Source: Candidatus Melainabacteria bacterium 17Bon1m
GTDB lineage: Bacteria; Cyanobacteriota; Vampirovibrionia; Obscuribacterales; Obscuribacteraceae
Length of the DNA: 64,000 bases
Assembly: GCA_032128875.1 (NCBI GenBank)
Contig: JAVLKG010000005.1
Location: 512,001-576,000, forward strand
Reading direction: 5' to 3'
Positions 27,492 to 36,615 of the stretch are shown one piece after another (the first letter of the stretch is position 1; each line of letters starts with the position of its first letter). The notes below the pieces were generated by a model, which searched no databases, was not told the origin of the DNA, and saw only the letters and a list, made by a program, of their open reading frames with translations. Both the position numbers and the translations under genes were made by a program.

Positions 27492-29132
27492 ATGCTTACA
27501 CCCCCTGTATTTCTGCTGCTCGCATCCCTGCACTTTGCTGTCGGCGCTTTGGTTTGCGCCTGCTTTCAAAGCTGGACATTGATCATCTTCCCGTCTTTGC
27601 TGGGTTTTCTCTTGGGCGCTCTGGTGCTATCTGGCAACTGCTGCCCTTTCGAGGGATCTCGCCGTTTTCCTTCACTTGTACTATGTCTGGTCCTTTTGGT
27701 CCTTCCGGCATTTGGGTTCTTCTATACAAGCCTTCGTCAGGTGCGTGCTTCCGATAAGGACCTGGCTCGGTTTGCCGGAAAACATGTATACATAGACGCT
27801 GCTGTTGAGTCTTGTCTTCCCTTGAGGAATGGCACAACCAAGCGCTTTACTTGCCAGGTCAAAAACGTCGCAATCAAGCGCAACAGGCGGTTTGAGGTAA
27901 TCAAATGCGATGGCACAACATTGCTTTTCATTCGAAAGAGTTCGCCATTTTTTGAAAAGCTGAATCGAAAGTCACATTTTCGCTGCTTGTGCAGAGTGGC
28001 TTCCATAGCTGATTTAGAAAGAGATGGCATGCAGGGCTATGCGAATTACCTGAAGCGAATGGGTGTTACGAGTCTGAGTTATCTTGATGGCGGAAGAAGT
28101 TTTCACTTTCTGCCTGATGAGAAGACCTCTTCAGCCGCTCTTCAAATTGCCGATGCCATTACCGACTGGACAGAGGCTCAACGTGGTCGGTTGATCTCAG
28201 CGCATATACGCAATCTTGGGTCTGATATAGGTTCTCTGCTTACTGCAATGGTTCTCGGTGAAAGGGCTGTAGGATTGAATTCTGATTTGCTGACTTCCTT
28301 TAGAGCGGTCGGTCTCTCTCATGTGCTGGCTGCTTCCGGATTTAACCTGACGGTCGTGACCTTGTCCACGCACTGGGTTTGTCGCGTACTAGGCCTTTCT
28401 GCAATCCCCACGAATTGCTTGAGTTTTGCGATGATGAGCGTGTTTGTACTCTTTGCCGGCAACAGCTCATCGGTTGTGCGAGCCAGTCTGATGTGCGCCT
28501 TAGCGATCGCTTGCAGCAGCCTGGGGCGCCGCGTCAAGATAGAGGGACTACTAGCATCAGCACTTTTGATCTGCACTATCGTGGATCCCTTATCCGTGGC
28601 TGATCCAGGCTTTCAGCTCTCCTACGTTGCTGTTTCCGGGATAGTATTTCTAGTTGCACCTATTGCTGATTTGTTTAAAGAGATCGTGCCTAACCGCTGG
28701 TTGCGTATGTTTCTCGATTGCTTACTAACTGTTTCAGTGGCTCAGGCATGCGTGTTGCCATTGCAATTTTTCTACTTCAGGCAGATAGGATTGTTGTTCT
28801 TGCCTGCAAATCTTTTGGCATCAATTGTGGTGACACCAGTGACGGTGGCAGGATTTGCATCATCATTGATATTGCTAGTCTGTCCGCCGGGGGTTTTTGC
28901 TGTGCCCTTTCACTTCCTTTCTATGCTTCTTGACTGGTTTGCGGCGATTCCTCTAAGGTTTCTCGTTTGGGTTGTCTCTGGCCTTTCTTCGTGCCCGGGG
29001 TCAGTTTTGAATGTTCCTCAAATTGGTGCATGGCTTGTTTTTCTCTACTATCTTTTGCTTGTTGTTTTATCTTTCGAGGTTTTGGCACGTCTTCGCGCAT
29101 ACAGCGACAGGCGCAGAAAAGAAGCTGACTAG
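27492..29132 (+). CDS. comEC: ComEC/Rec2 competence membrane protein (no metallo-beta-lactamase domain)
   Basis: AMVLGE, GLSHVLAASGFN, SVVRASLM, DPGFQLSY, PANLL; many TM helices. Confidence 0.88.
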   Translation: MLTPPVFLLLASLHFAVGALVCACFQSWTLIIFPSLLGFLLGALVLSGNCCPFEGSRRFPSLVLCLVLLVLPAFGFFYTSLRQVRASDKDLARFAGKHVYIDAAVESCLPLRNGTTKRFTCQVKNVAIKRNRRFEVIKCDGTTLLFIRKSSPFFEKLNRKSHFRCLCRVASIADLERDGMQGYANYLKRMGVTSLSYLDGGRSFHFLPDEKTSSAALQIADAITDWTEAQRGRLISAHIRNLGSDIGSLLTAMVLGERAVGLNSDLLTSFRAVGLSHVLAASGFNLTVVTLSTHWVCRVLGLSAIPTNCLSFAMMSVFVLFAGNSSSVVRASLMCALAIACSSLGRRVKIEGLLASALLICTIVDPLSVADPGFQLSYVAVSGIVFLVAPIADLFKEIVPNRWLRMFLDCLLTVSVAQACVLPLQFFYFRQIGLLFLPANLLASIVVTPVTVAGFASSLILLVCPPGVFAVPFHFLSMLLDWFAAIPLRFLVWVVSGLSSCPGSVLNVPQIGAWLVFLYYLLLVVLSFEVLARLRAYSDRRRKEAD

Positions 29133-29167
29133 CAGCTTCTTTTCTGGCGGTTCATCAAAGAGCAATT

Positions 29168-30091
29168 CTAAAGGTTGTAATTTTCTGAGAAGACTCTGTG
29201 GTTCTTCGGGCGGTGCAGTAGCGTTGTGCCATCCGTCCAGTCAGCGGAGAATCGAATAGTGCCGTCTGGTCCTCTCTGAATTGAAACTTGAGGTCTTGAT
29301 GCGAACAGTCCGCGAATCCACACATCGTTGTGAACGAATTGATTTTGTTCGAAAACTTCGTGATAAGCGCTATGTTGCTGGTCTTTGGATAACTCGCTAT
29401 AGGCTTTGGCCAGGCGATCCAATTCGCGCTGTGCGGTTTCTTCATTGTAAGGAGAATATCTTTGAAACGAGCGTAATTCTTTGTTGAAGACTTCTAGATC
29501 TGCGGGGTTGCCTCTTTCCGCTGCGATAAGCCGTGGCTCTTCTTTTTTGAGTTCTTTCTTTTGCTCCGGCTGTCCATCAAGCTTTTCGCTGTTGTCTGTT
29601 TTTGGGAAAAATTGCGTGCGGTTGTATTTGCGCTCCAATTCATCAGCGTTTTCTGCAATCAATTCTTGCGACCGGACGTAGCCTCCTTTAACTTGTCGAG
29701 CTTGATAAAACTTGCCGTCTTGCCCTAGGACCACAACGTTTTCAGCTTTTGCTGCGTTGTCTCGCTTGCGGCCGATTGCGATGACAAGGTCGTCATTGCC
29801 GAGGTCTTTGTCACCATCTGCGGTGAGTCCTACGACTCTGCAGTTGCGCAAATTTGTTTTGTCATCTGTCACATCTAAGTTGGGTAGGACGTTGGAGGAG
29901 ATCAAACCATCTGTTGCGCCACGCAATTCTGCCCACTTCAAAGAGTTTTTTTGTGCTGCAGGAAGGCCATTCAAGGAGTTAAGTTCTGCGGCAAAAGTCT
30001 TCACGCACTCTTGCGAAACAGTGTGCTTTTCCTTATCCCACTGCTCCGCAAACTTTTGTCCTTGCTGGGTAGCTTCGGCTTTTGTAAGCAT
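29168..30091 (-). CDS. Hypothetical protein
   Basis: 307-aa ORF with RBS AGGAGG; no family recognised. Confidence 0.75.
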   Translation of the reverse strand: MLTKAEATQQGQKFAEQWDKEKHTVSQECVKTFAAELNSLNGLPAAQKNSLKWAELRGATDGLISSNVLPNLDVTDDKTNLRNCRVVGLTADGDKDLGNDDLVIAIGRKRDNAAKAENVVVLGQDGKFYQARQVKGGYVRSQELIAENADELERKYNRTQFFPKTDNSEKLDGQPEQKKELKKEEPRLIAAERGNPADLEVFNKELRSFQRYSPYNEETAQRELDRLAKAYSELSKDQQHSAYHEVFEQNQFVHNDVWIRGLFASRPQVSIQRGPDGTIRFSADWTDGTTLLHRPKNHRVFSENYNL

Positions 30092-30229
30092 CTAAATTCC
30101 TCCTGGCGCCAATAAACGCAAAACTAAATCGGTTCGTCGCTGACGATACCGATACGTTACGTATGGCGCGGATCAAGGTTGGGGCGTACTTGGGGCGATT
30201 TTGGGTCACCACTTTAAATGCTTTCAGTT

Positions 30230-30990
30230 TTACTTTTCGAAGAATTGAAAAATGTTGACTTGTCCGTAAAAAATCTCTGATGATTTTTTCGCTTTTTTGA
30301 ACGCTTGAAGATTGGGAAGCTTGAACTCATCAAGCTTTTGAACCTCTAACTTGATGGTCTCGAGTTGGTTGCGAGGACGTCCGATAGCATATGCTGTTTC
30401 CATCTTTAGCGGGATGCCTCCAAAAACCGGATTGTGCTCGATGCGCTTGAGTAGATGGCAGAAGGGTTGAGTAACCTCGGGCGTACTGAGGGAGAAAACT
30501 TGTGATTTTACAGACGTCTCGCCTTGCCTTTCAGGCACGTATACCATCTCAGTTCTGGCATACACACCTACTGTGCTGCGGTAGCGGTATTCATCCACCT
30601 CAAAACCAAAGAGTTTTTTCTTGCCGTAGAATTTCCAATACTTTTGTTCTAAGTCCAAGTCTGTGACAGTGTTTAGCGTTTTTGCGAGCCCATATTCAAA
30701 TTGTGAAATCGGGCACTGAAAGTAAGTTTTCTTTTGTGGGCAAACAAGCAGAACTTCCGGGTTTTTTACCCTCGAATCTATATATATAGCGTGCAACCCA
30801 TTTGCTTGATTTTGATGACAGAAATTCCCGTTGAAGCAAACAGCTCCAGAGGACCCAGCATGTGATGAGCCTGCAGTACGTGCAGGTAAGTAACCTTTTG
30901 TGCGGACCAGGCCGGGACCCATGCCACGGCGCAAGCAGCAATGGTTGAAAGTGCTATGAATACACATTTGCGCCGATTTGGAAGTCTCAT
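30230..30990 (-). pseudogene. Exported protein gene frameshifted in a (TA)5 tract
   Basis: 70-aa signal-peptide ORF 30778-30990 ends GCTLYI*; deleting one TA joins it to DSRVKNPEVLLV... of ORF 30230-30967. Confidence 0.8.
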
Positions 30991-31103
30991 CTTGATATGT
31001 GCTTCGTCGTCTCTTTACTTAGCTTTGCAGATATTGGCGATTGTGTCATTATTGACCGGAAACAAGCCGGTAATCTTGCCGGAATCCCGTCGGTACTTTA
31101 CTA

Positions 31104-31796
31104 ATGGCCAAGATTCTTTTGATTGAAGATGACCAACATTTGGCGGCATCTATAAAAGAACAGTTGGAAAATTCCAAACATGTAGTTGAGCATGTGGCAG
31201 AAGGCAAGGAAGGCTTCGACCGCCTCAAGCTTTATTCTTATGATGTCGCGATTTTGGATTGGGCGTTGCCGGATATGCAAGGTATCGATGTGCTCAGGCA
31301 ATTTCGAGACATCGGTGGAGTTACTCCAGTGCTGATGCTTACTGGTAAGGCTGACGTGGATTTCCGCTTAGAGGGCTTTTCTTCCGGTGCAGATGATTAT
31401 CTTACCAAGCCCTTCGATTTTAGAGAGTTGGCTTCGCGTTTGAATGCGCTTTTACGACGTCCTGCAAACTATTGCCCGAGCAATTTGACTATTGGCGAAT
31501 TGGAAATCGATATTGCTGCAAAAGTTGTGCGGCGCAAAGGCGTAAAGCTGAAGTTGTTGCCAAAGGAATTCGCTGTTCTTGAGTTTCTTGTGCGGCGCGC
31601 GGACAGTTTTTTTGATACTGAGGCTTTGCTTACGCACGTATGGAGCTCTGAGTCGGATGCATCGGAAGCTGCGGTTTGGCAGACTATCAAAAGATTGCGC
31701 AGCAAGCTTGATGTAGAGGGCGAGGAGTCAATAATTGTGAATGTCAAAGGCATGGGCTACAAAGTTGAAAAGGAACGGCTGAAAGCTCGTGACTGA
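31104..31796 (+). CDS. OmpR/PhoB-family response regulator
   Basis: ILLIEDD, ILDWALPDMQG, LMLT, GADDYLTKPF, winged-helix IKRLRSKL..VKGMGY. Confidence 0.95.
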   Translation: MAKILLIEDDQHLAASIKEQLENSKHVVEHVAEGKEGFDRLKLYSYDVAILDWALPDMQGIDVLRQFRDIGGVTPVLMLTGKADVDFRLEGFSSGADDYLTKPFDFRELASRLNALLRRPANYCPSNLTIGELEIDIAAKVVRRKGVKLKLLPKEFAVLEFLVRRADSFFDTEALLTHVWSSESDASEAAVWQTIKRLRSKLDVEGEESIIVNVKGMGYKVEKERLKARD

Positions 31797-31832
31797 TTCT
31801 TAGATTTTTGGGGAGCCGCAAGACGAAATCGT

Positions 31833-33593
31833 ATGAAACTTTGGCAACGCCTGGCTCTTCTTGCTGTAATACCGCTGCTATTGCAATGCTATTTGTTGAC
31901 GCAGGTGAAGGCTGCTCAAGAAGAACTCGACCGTGCTTACGTGGAAGAGCGCCGGCAAAAAGACGTAATTATTCTCATCAGCAAAGCAATCAAATCAGCC
32001 ATGGATTCGCTTTCGGACATTGTGAGCTACAAGTCCAAACATGTGCAACTCAAAAAGGAACGCTCTCTGCATCATCTAGGCAGAGTGAGAAAGATACGCG
32101 AAGAGCTCAAAGCTATGGCCGGCTCGGAAGAATATATACAGAAAGTACAGGACGTGTTGTCCGAAATCGACGAAACAGTACAGGCAACCATTGATGAGGA
32201 CGAGAACGAGGTAAATCTGAGGGATCTGAGCAAAACGCTGAGGTTTACCAAGCTGGGGCGCAAGGCGATTGCCATTATGGATTATGCTCAGTTTCAGCAG
32301 GAGATGAAGTACAAGCAGATGCTTGTCGTCGTGCAAGCAAAGCGCAAGCACTTTGATGAGATGGCGTTGCAATCAGCTTTTCTGTGTGCCGCTGTTTCCT
32401 TTGGATTTGCAGCCTATGTCATTTATTTGACCTCGCAGCAGTTGAAGGTACTAAAGAAAAACTCTGAAAATCTTGCACGCGGGGAGAAATTACTGCCTCC
32501 AATGCGCGGTTCGGATGAGCTTGCAGACGTGGATAGAACTTTTCACTTGATGGCAAAATCGATCAAGCAGTTAAGCGAGCGTGAGAGAGCCATTTTAAAA
32601 AATTCAGGAGAATGGATTTTTGCAATTGACTCCAAGTTGCGTTTTTCTTTTGTCAGCGACGCGGTTGAAAAACTCTTGGGTGCAAAGCCCGAGGAGTTAC
32701 TGGGGCAGCATGTGACCAATGTTTTGGCAGAAGCGACGGAAACCATTGAGAAGGCTCGAACGAGCGCCACTGATCAAGTGTTTGAAACAAACTTGAAGTC
32801 TAATAATGAAGTGCCTGTTGAGATTCAAATATCTGCGCACTGGTCTGACGAGGAGCAAACCTACTTTTGTATCGCACACGATATAGGCGCGCGCAAAGAT
32901 TTAGAGCGGATGAAGCAAAGCTTTATGGCGATGGTGAGCCATGATCTACGCACTCCTGTTTCTGCCAACTTGCTTACTTTGGACTTATTGAAGAGTGATC
33001 CGGCAATAGGAAATTTGACCGACCGTGGCAGGACTCTGGTTGAGCGGTCCATTGCCAGCAATAACAGACTTATGTTTTTGATTAATGACTTGCTCGAGCT
33101 TGAGCGCTTAGATAGCGGTCAGCTGACATTGGATATGGAATTAGTCACTTTCAATGATTTGATTGACGAAACACTTCCAGGCGTTGAGATGCTCGCCAAG
33201 GCGAAAGACATTACCATTGAGCGAGACGATAGCGATCGGTTTATCTACTGTGAGAGCGCGCGTATCGTGCAGGTTCTGGTTAATTTGATTGGGAATGCTG
33301 TGAAGTTTTCTCCAAGCGGCAAAAAGGTGTTTCTCAAATATGCCGAAGGCGGTGGATACTGCAAGATTTCCGTATCTGATGAAGGTCCTGGAATCAATAA
33401 GGACTCACTTTCATCCATATTCGACAAGTTCACACAAGTGAAAGAAGCATCGGGCGCCCACAAGCAAGGCTTTGGGCTGGGTCTGGAGATTTGCAAAAAA
33501 CTAGTCGAATTGCACGGTGGCAGTATCGCCGTCAGCAGCGAGTTGGGCGTCGGAACTACGTTTGAAATCTCCCTGCCTCTAAAAGAAGTTTAG
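31833..33593 (+). CDS. Sensor histidine kinase (2 TM, HAMP, PAS, HisKA, HATPase)
   Basis: DEL..V...F..M HAMP, VSHDLRTP, QVLVNLIGNAVKF, DEGPGI, GFGLGL, GTTF. Confidence 0.95.
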   Translation: MKLWQRLALLAVIPLLLQCYLLTQVKAAQEELDRAYVEERRQKDVIILISKAIKSAMDSLSDIVSYKSKHVQLKKERSLHHLGRVRKIREELKAMAGSEEYIQKVQDVLSEIDETVQATIDEDENEVNLRDLSKTLRFTKLGRKAIAIMDYAQFQQEMKYKQMLVVVQAKRKHFDEMALQSAFLCAAVSFGFAAYVIYLTSQQLKVLKKNSENLARGEKLLPPMRGSDELADVDRTFHLMAKSIKQLSERERAILKNSGEWIFAIDSKLRFSFVSDAVEKLLGAKPEELLGQHVTNVLAEATETIEKARTSATDQVFETNLKSNNEVPVEIQISAHWSDEEQTYFCIAHDIGARKDLERMKQSFMAMVSHDLRTPVSANLLTLDLLKSDPAIGNLTDRGRTLVERSIASNNRLMFLINDLLELERLDSGQLTLDMELVTFNDLIDETLPGVEMLAKAKDITIERDDSDRFIYCESARIVQVLVNLIGNAVKFSPSGKKVFLKYAEGGGYCKISVSDEGPGINKDSLSSIFDKFTQVKEASGAHKQGFGLGLEICKKLVELHGGSIAVSSELGVGTTFEISLPLKEV

Positions 33594-33621
33594 AAGGGCA
33601 GCGGTAGAGGAATTTTTCGCC

Positions 33622-33649
33622 CTGACGATTTTGTCAGTCAAATGTCAGT
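33622..33649 (+). promoter_or_regulatory. Putative OmpR-family binding site (TGTCAGT direct repeat, 11-bp period)
   Basis: CTGACGATTTTGTCAGTCAAATGTCAGT: TGTCAGT at 33632 and 33643 plus inverted CTGAC at 33622. Confidence 0.55.
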
Positions 33650-33888
33650 GACCGGGTCTATGTTGTGAGCGTGAAGAGCAACAAGTTGCTACCACAGCCC
33701 TCTCTACCACCCCCCTTGATCAATTTCAAAATAACCATGATTTTGCGCTAGCCAGCAACTGCGGCGCCTGTTGGGCGAAAGGGAAGATGACCGCTGGGAG
33801 TTTCTCGGCAGGCGTCTCGGTTGACTGTGCAAAAATCCCCTATTACCAGTACCTGTCAGGTTTTCTGGCGGCGACAAAGGAGTTTTCC

Positions 33889-34734
33889 ATGGCAGTAAGA
33901 AACATCGACAAAGCCGAAGCCACGTCCCACAAATTCGTCGATCGCGTGGAAGATGGGCTAGGTAATGAAACCCTATGGCAAGAGTGCAGCGATGCTCTCG
34001 GACAGGCAAGCAATCCGGCGGAGCGTCAGCGTATGGTTCGAGACCTCGAAAACAACGGCGTCTTGCCGCGCATGCTGCTTGTTTGCGGCGCTGCAATAGA
34101 TATTGATGGTGACGGCGTGACAAGAGAGGAAATTGATACTGCCATAAACGACACTACGGGCGACTACAAGAATCAGACAAAATTGTCCGCAGAATATGCC
34201 AAAGAGCACTTCGATGACATCGATACTGACGATGACGACCATTTGACTCGCGATGAAATTGATGCCTGGCGTGATGCGCATCAAGGCGATGTTCATCCCT
34301 CAGAAAGTTCGCCCTATCAGCAAGACCCGGAGCGCCCTACAGACAGTGTTCCGGAGAATCAGAAACAATATGAAAAACGCCTGATGGATCCAGGAGCCTC
34401 AGCGCAAGAGAAATTGGAAGCTGTTGAAAAACTGCATGAATTGGGCGTAAAGAGCGTCACTTTGACTGACAGCAACGGCAACACGAAGACCTTTCAGATT
34501 CAAGTCGAACCGGTCAGCCCCGGAAGCACCAGGCAATATGTGCATCTTTACGATACAAGCTCCGGACGAATTGTCCTTCGCGGCATCGGTGCCGACGGCA
34601 ATTACTCTCAGGAAGTCGGACGTGGTGGACGTCCTGTAGGATACGGCGGAGACATCTTCTCAGGCACAAACTCCGGTTCTAACGTTGTTAACTTTGACAG
34701 ACTTGATCTAGATCCACGAGCATCCGCAGTCTAG
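33889..34734 (+). CDS. EF-hand-like acidic protein with novel C-terminal domain
   Basis: RBS AAGGAG; DIDGDGVTREEID and DTDDDDHLTRDEID EF-hand-like loops. Confidence 0.8.
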   Translation: MAVRNIDKAEATSHKFVDRVEDGLGNETLWQECSDALGQASNPAERQRMVRDLENNGVLPRMLLVCGAAIDIDGDGVTREEIDTAINDTTGDYKNQTKLSAEYAKEHFDDIDTDDDDHLTRDEIDAWRDAHQGDVHPSESSPYQQDPERPTDSVPENQKQYEKRLMDPGASAQEKLEAVEKLHELGVKSVTLTDSNGNTKTFQIQVEPVSPGSTRQYVHLYDTSSGRIVLRGIGADGNYSQEVGRGGRPVGYGGDIFSGTNSGSNVVNFDRLDLDPRASAV

Positions 34735-34796
34735 AGCAACACTTTAAGTCGTTGATAGTTGACACTAAGAGGTCGCAGAAACCTCGAGGAGAATTT

Positions 34797-35351
34797 ATGA
34801 CAGCCACTGTAAGAGGCTTCGGCGCTCAGGTTTATGAGTACGTCAAAAGCGATATGACAAGCGACTATGTGGGCGAAGACGAGTACAGCAGCCCGGCTCT
34901 GGAACACAACGCAGAAGTGGCGGCCGCACGTTTGGGATTGGACTCAGACCCGCAATTGAGAGCCGATGCCATGCGAATGATGGAAAAAACTGGTGTACTT
35001 CCCGTGCTGCTATTCAAGAAGAAGGATGCATTGGACCTTGATGACGATGGAGATATCACCAAGGACGAATTGGAGCAGGTCTTAGCTAATGACGGAACAA
35101 AAATCCTTGACAGAATTGCAGCGGAATATGCCCTCACGCGTTTCGATCGAATAAGAGACGGCTGGGATCCTTTCGATTGGTTTGAAAACCTGGAAGAGGG
35201 TGAGATTCAGAGTAATGCCCAAGACGGGCTAGACGATGCGGAGATGGACCCTGAGGCTGTTTTCTATGGTCCTGTAACAGAAGCACCGCCGGTCGGCGAG
35301 AAAACCGCAGGCGATTCTGAAAAAGGTTGTTCTACACAACCAATTAGTTAG
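34797..35351 (+). CDS. EF-hand-like acidic protein, paralog of the upstream gene's N-terminal half
   Basis: RBS GAGGAG; DLDDDGDITKDELE; GVLPVLL and AAEYALTRFDRI match GVLPRMLL and SAEYAKEHFDDI. Confidence 0.78.
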   Translation: MTATVRGFGAQVYEYVKSDMTSDYVGEDEYSSPALEHNAEVAAARLGLDSDPQLRADAMRMMEKTGVLPVLLFKKKDALDLDDDGDITKDELEQVLANDGTKILDRIAAEYALTRFDRIRDGWDPFDWFENLEEGEIQSNAQDGLDDAEMDPEAVFYGPVTEAPPVGEKTAGDSEKGCSTQPIS

Positions 35352-35500
35352 TCGTATCAGGGGGAAGCTTCCACGGCAGCGAGTTTGCCCTTCGCTGCCG
35401 CCAGCTTTTGATGTTTTGAACCGTGGACATGTGTTTGGCGTATGCCAGTTTTAATATGTCTATGAAGGTTTCGGGCAAGTTTAGATCTATAATTCGCGAC

Positions 35501-36586
35501 ATGCAATTTAGGTCTTCACTTAAGAATCGGACTCCAAGAAAGCGTCGCTGCAATTCGATGTTTCAGACGTATTTGTTGACTGCTGGACTCGTTTTTCTTG
35601 CCCCACCAAGCGCAATTTCGTCGGAGCTTTTGAATAAGGGAATCGCCGCTTACACTGCTGGCGATTATGTTCAGGCTGTAAAACTGTTGCAAGAAGCGAA
35701 GCGGCGCGATTTTGAGAATGCCAATTTGCACTATTACATGGCCAGCGCATTCGTCAGACTTAAGAGGAATCAGGAAGCCATCCAAGAATATAAGTTGGCT
35801 TTAGATTTGAATCCCGACGGCAAGCTCGCAGAGTACTGTCGCGGCGCTTTGAATATCCTTGTGCCGACGCCGGTGAAGCCAATTGATTCGAAGGAGAAAA
35901 TCGCTGCGCCGCCAAAAATTGAGAAGGGACAGCAGCCCGGCTTGCAGCAGCCTAATTCGCAGCAACCGATAATCTATGCTTATTTAGATGGCAGCCCGGC
36001 CAGTGATCGGGCGATTCCGATACTCTCCGACTTGCACACCAAATATGGTGACAAGATCAACTTCATTAGGAGCTATAAAGGCGGCACAAGCACGGCTCTT
36101 ATGTCGAAGTATTCCGTCACCGATTTTCCTGCAGTCTTCCTTTTCGATGGTCAAGGTAAGATGATTAGGAAATTCGATAAAATGTTTTCCGAGGAATTGC
36201 TCCGTAAGGATGTAGCTCTATTAGCGCCGACAACCGATATGACACGCCTGACTGATACAGCCGACAAGGGGCTGGCTATGTCCAGAAAGGCGATTGTTGA
36301 CGAGTACAACGCGCGCGTGGCAGATGGTCGTCGCTTGGTTGATGATGCAATGAAGCAAGCGCGCAGAGAAGCTGAGAATGAGCTCTTACTGCGCAGCGGA
36401 CGCGTGGCCGCAGCAGAGCGTAGCGAAGCCATCGAAGCGCGTGCTCTGGATAAAACCAACCAGTTACGCCAGGAATTCGATCGAAAGAAGCGAGAGTGGT
36501 ACAGCGATGTTAGAAAACGGCTAGAGGGGCTAGGAATCAAAGATTCGACTTCAATTATTGCTCCTCCTGTAGATGGAGCCGATTGA
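35501..36586 (+). CDS. Exported TPR + thioredoxin-like + coiled-coil protein (no CxxC)
   Basis: Signal-like segment; TPR GIAAY..GDY..A, LHYYMASA, AIQEYKLAL.L.P; Y.VT.FPAVFLFD..G thioredoxin-like strand; start uncertain. Confidence 0.78.
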   Translation: MQFRSSLKNRTPRKRRCNSMFQTYLLTAGLVFLAPPSAISSELLNKGIAAYTAGDYVQAVKLLQEAKRRDFENANLHYYMASAFVRLKRNQEAIQEYKLALDLNPDGKLAEYCRGALNILVPTPVKPIDSKEKIAAPPKIEKGQQPGLQQPNSQQPIIYAYLDGSPASDRAIPILSDLHTKYGDKINFIRSYKGGTSTALMSKYSVTDFPAVFLFDGQGKMIRKFDKMFSEELLRKDVALLAPTTDMTRLTDTADKGLAMSRKAIVDEYNARVADGRRLVDDAMKQARREAENELLLRSGRVAAAERSEAIEARALDKTNQLRQEFDRKKREWYSDVRKRLEGLGIKDSTSIIAPPVDGAD

Positions 36587-36615
36587 TTAATAGTATGGGC
36601 GCTAGATTGTCAAAT

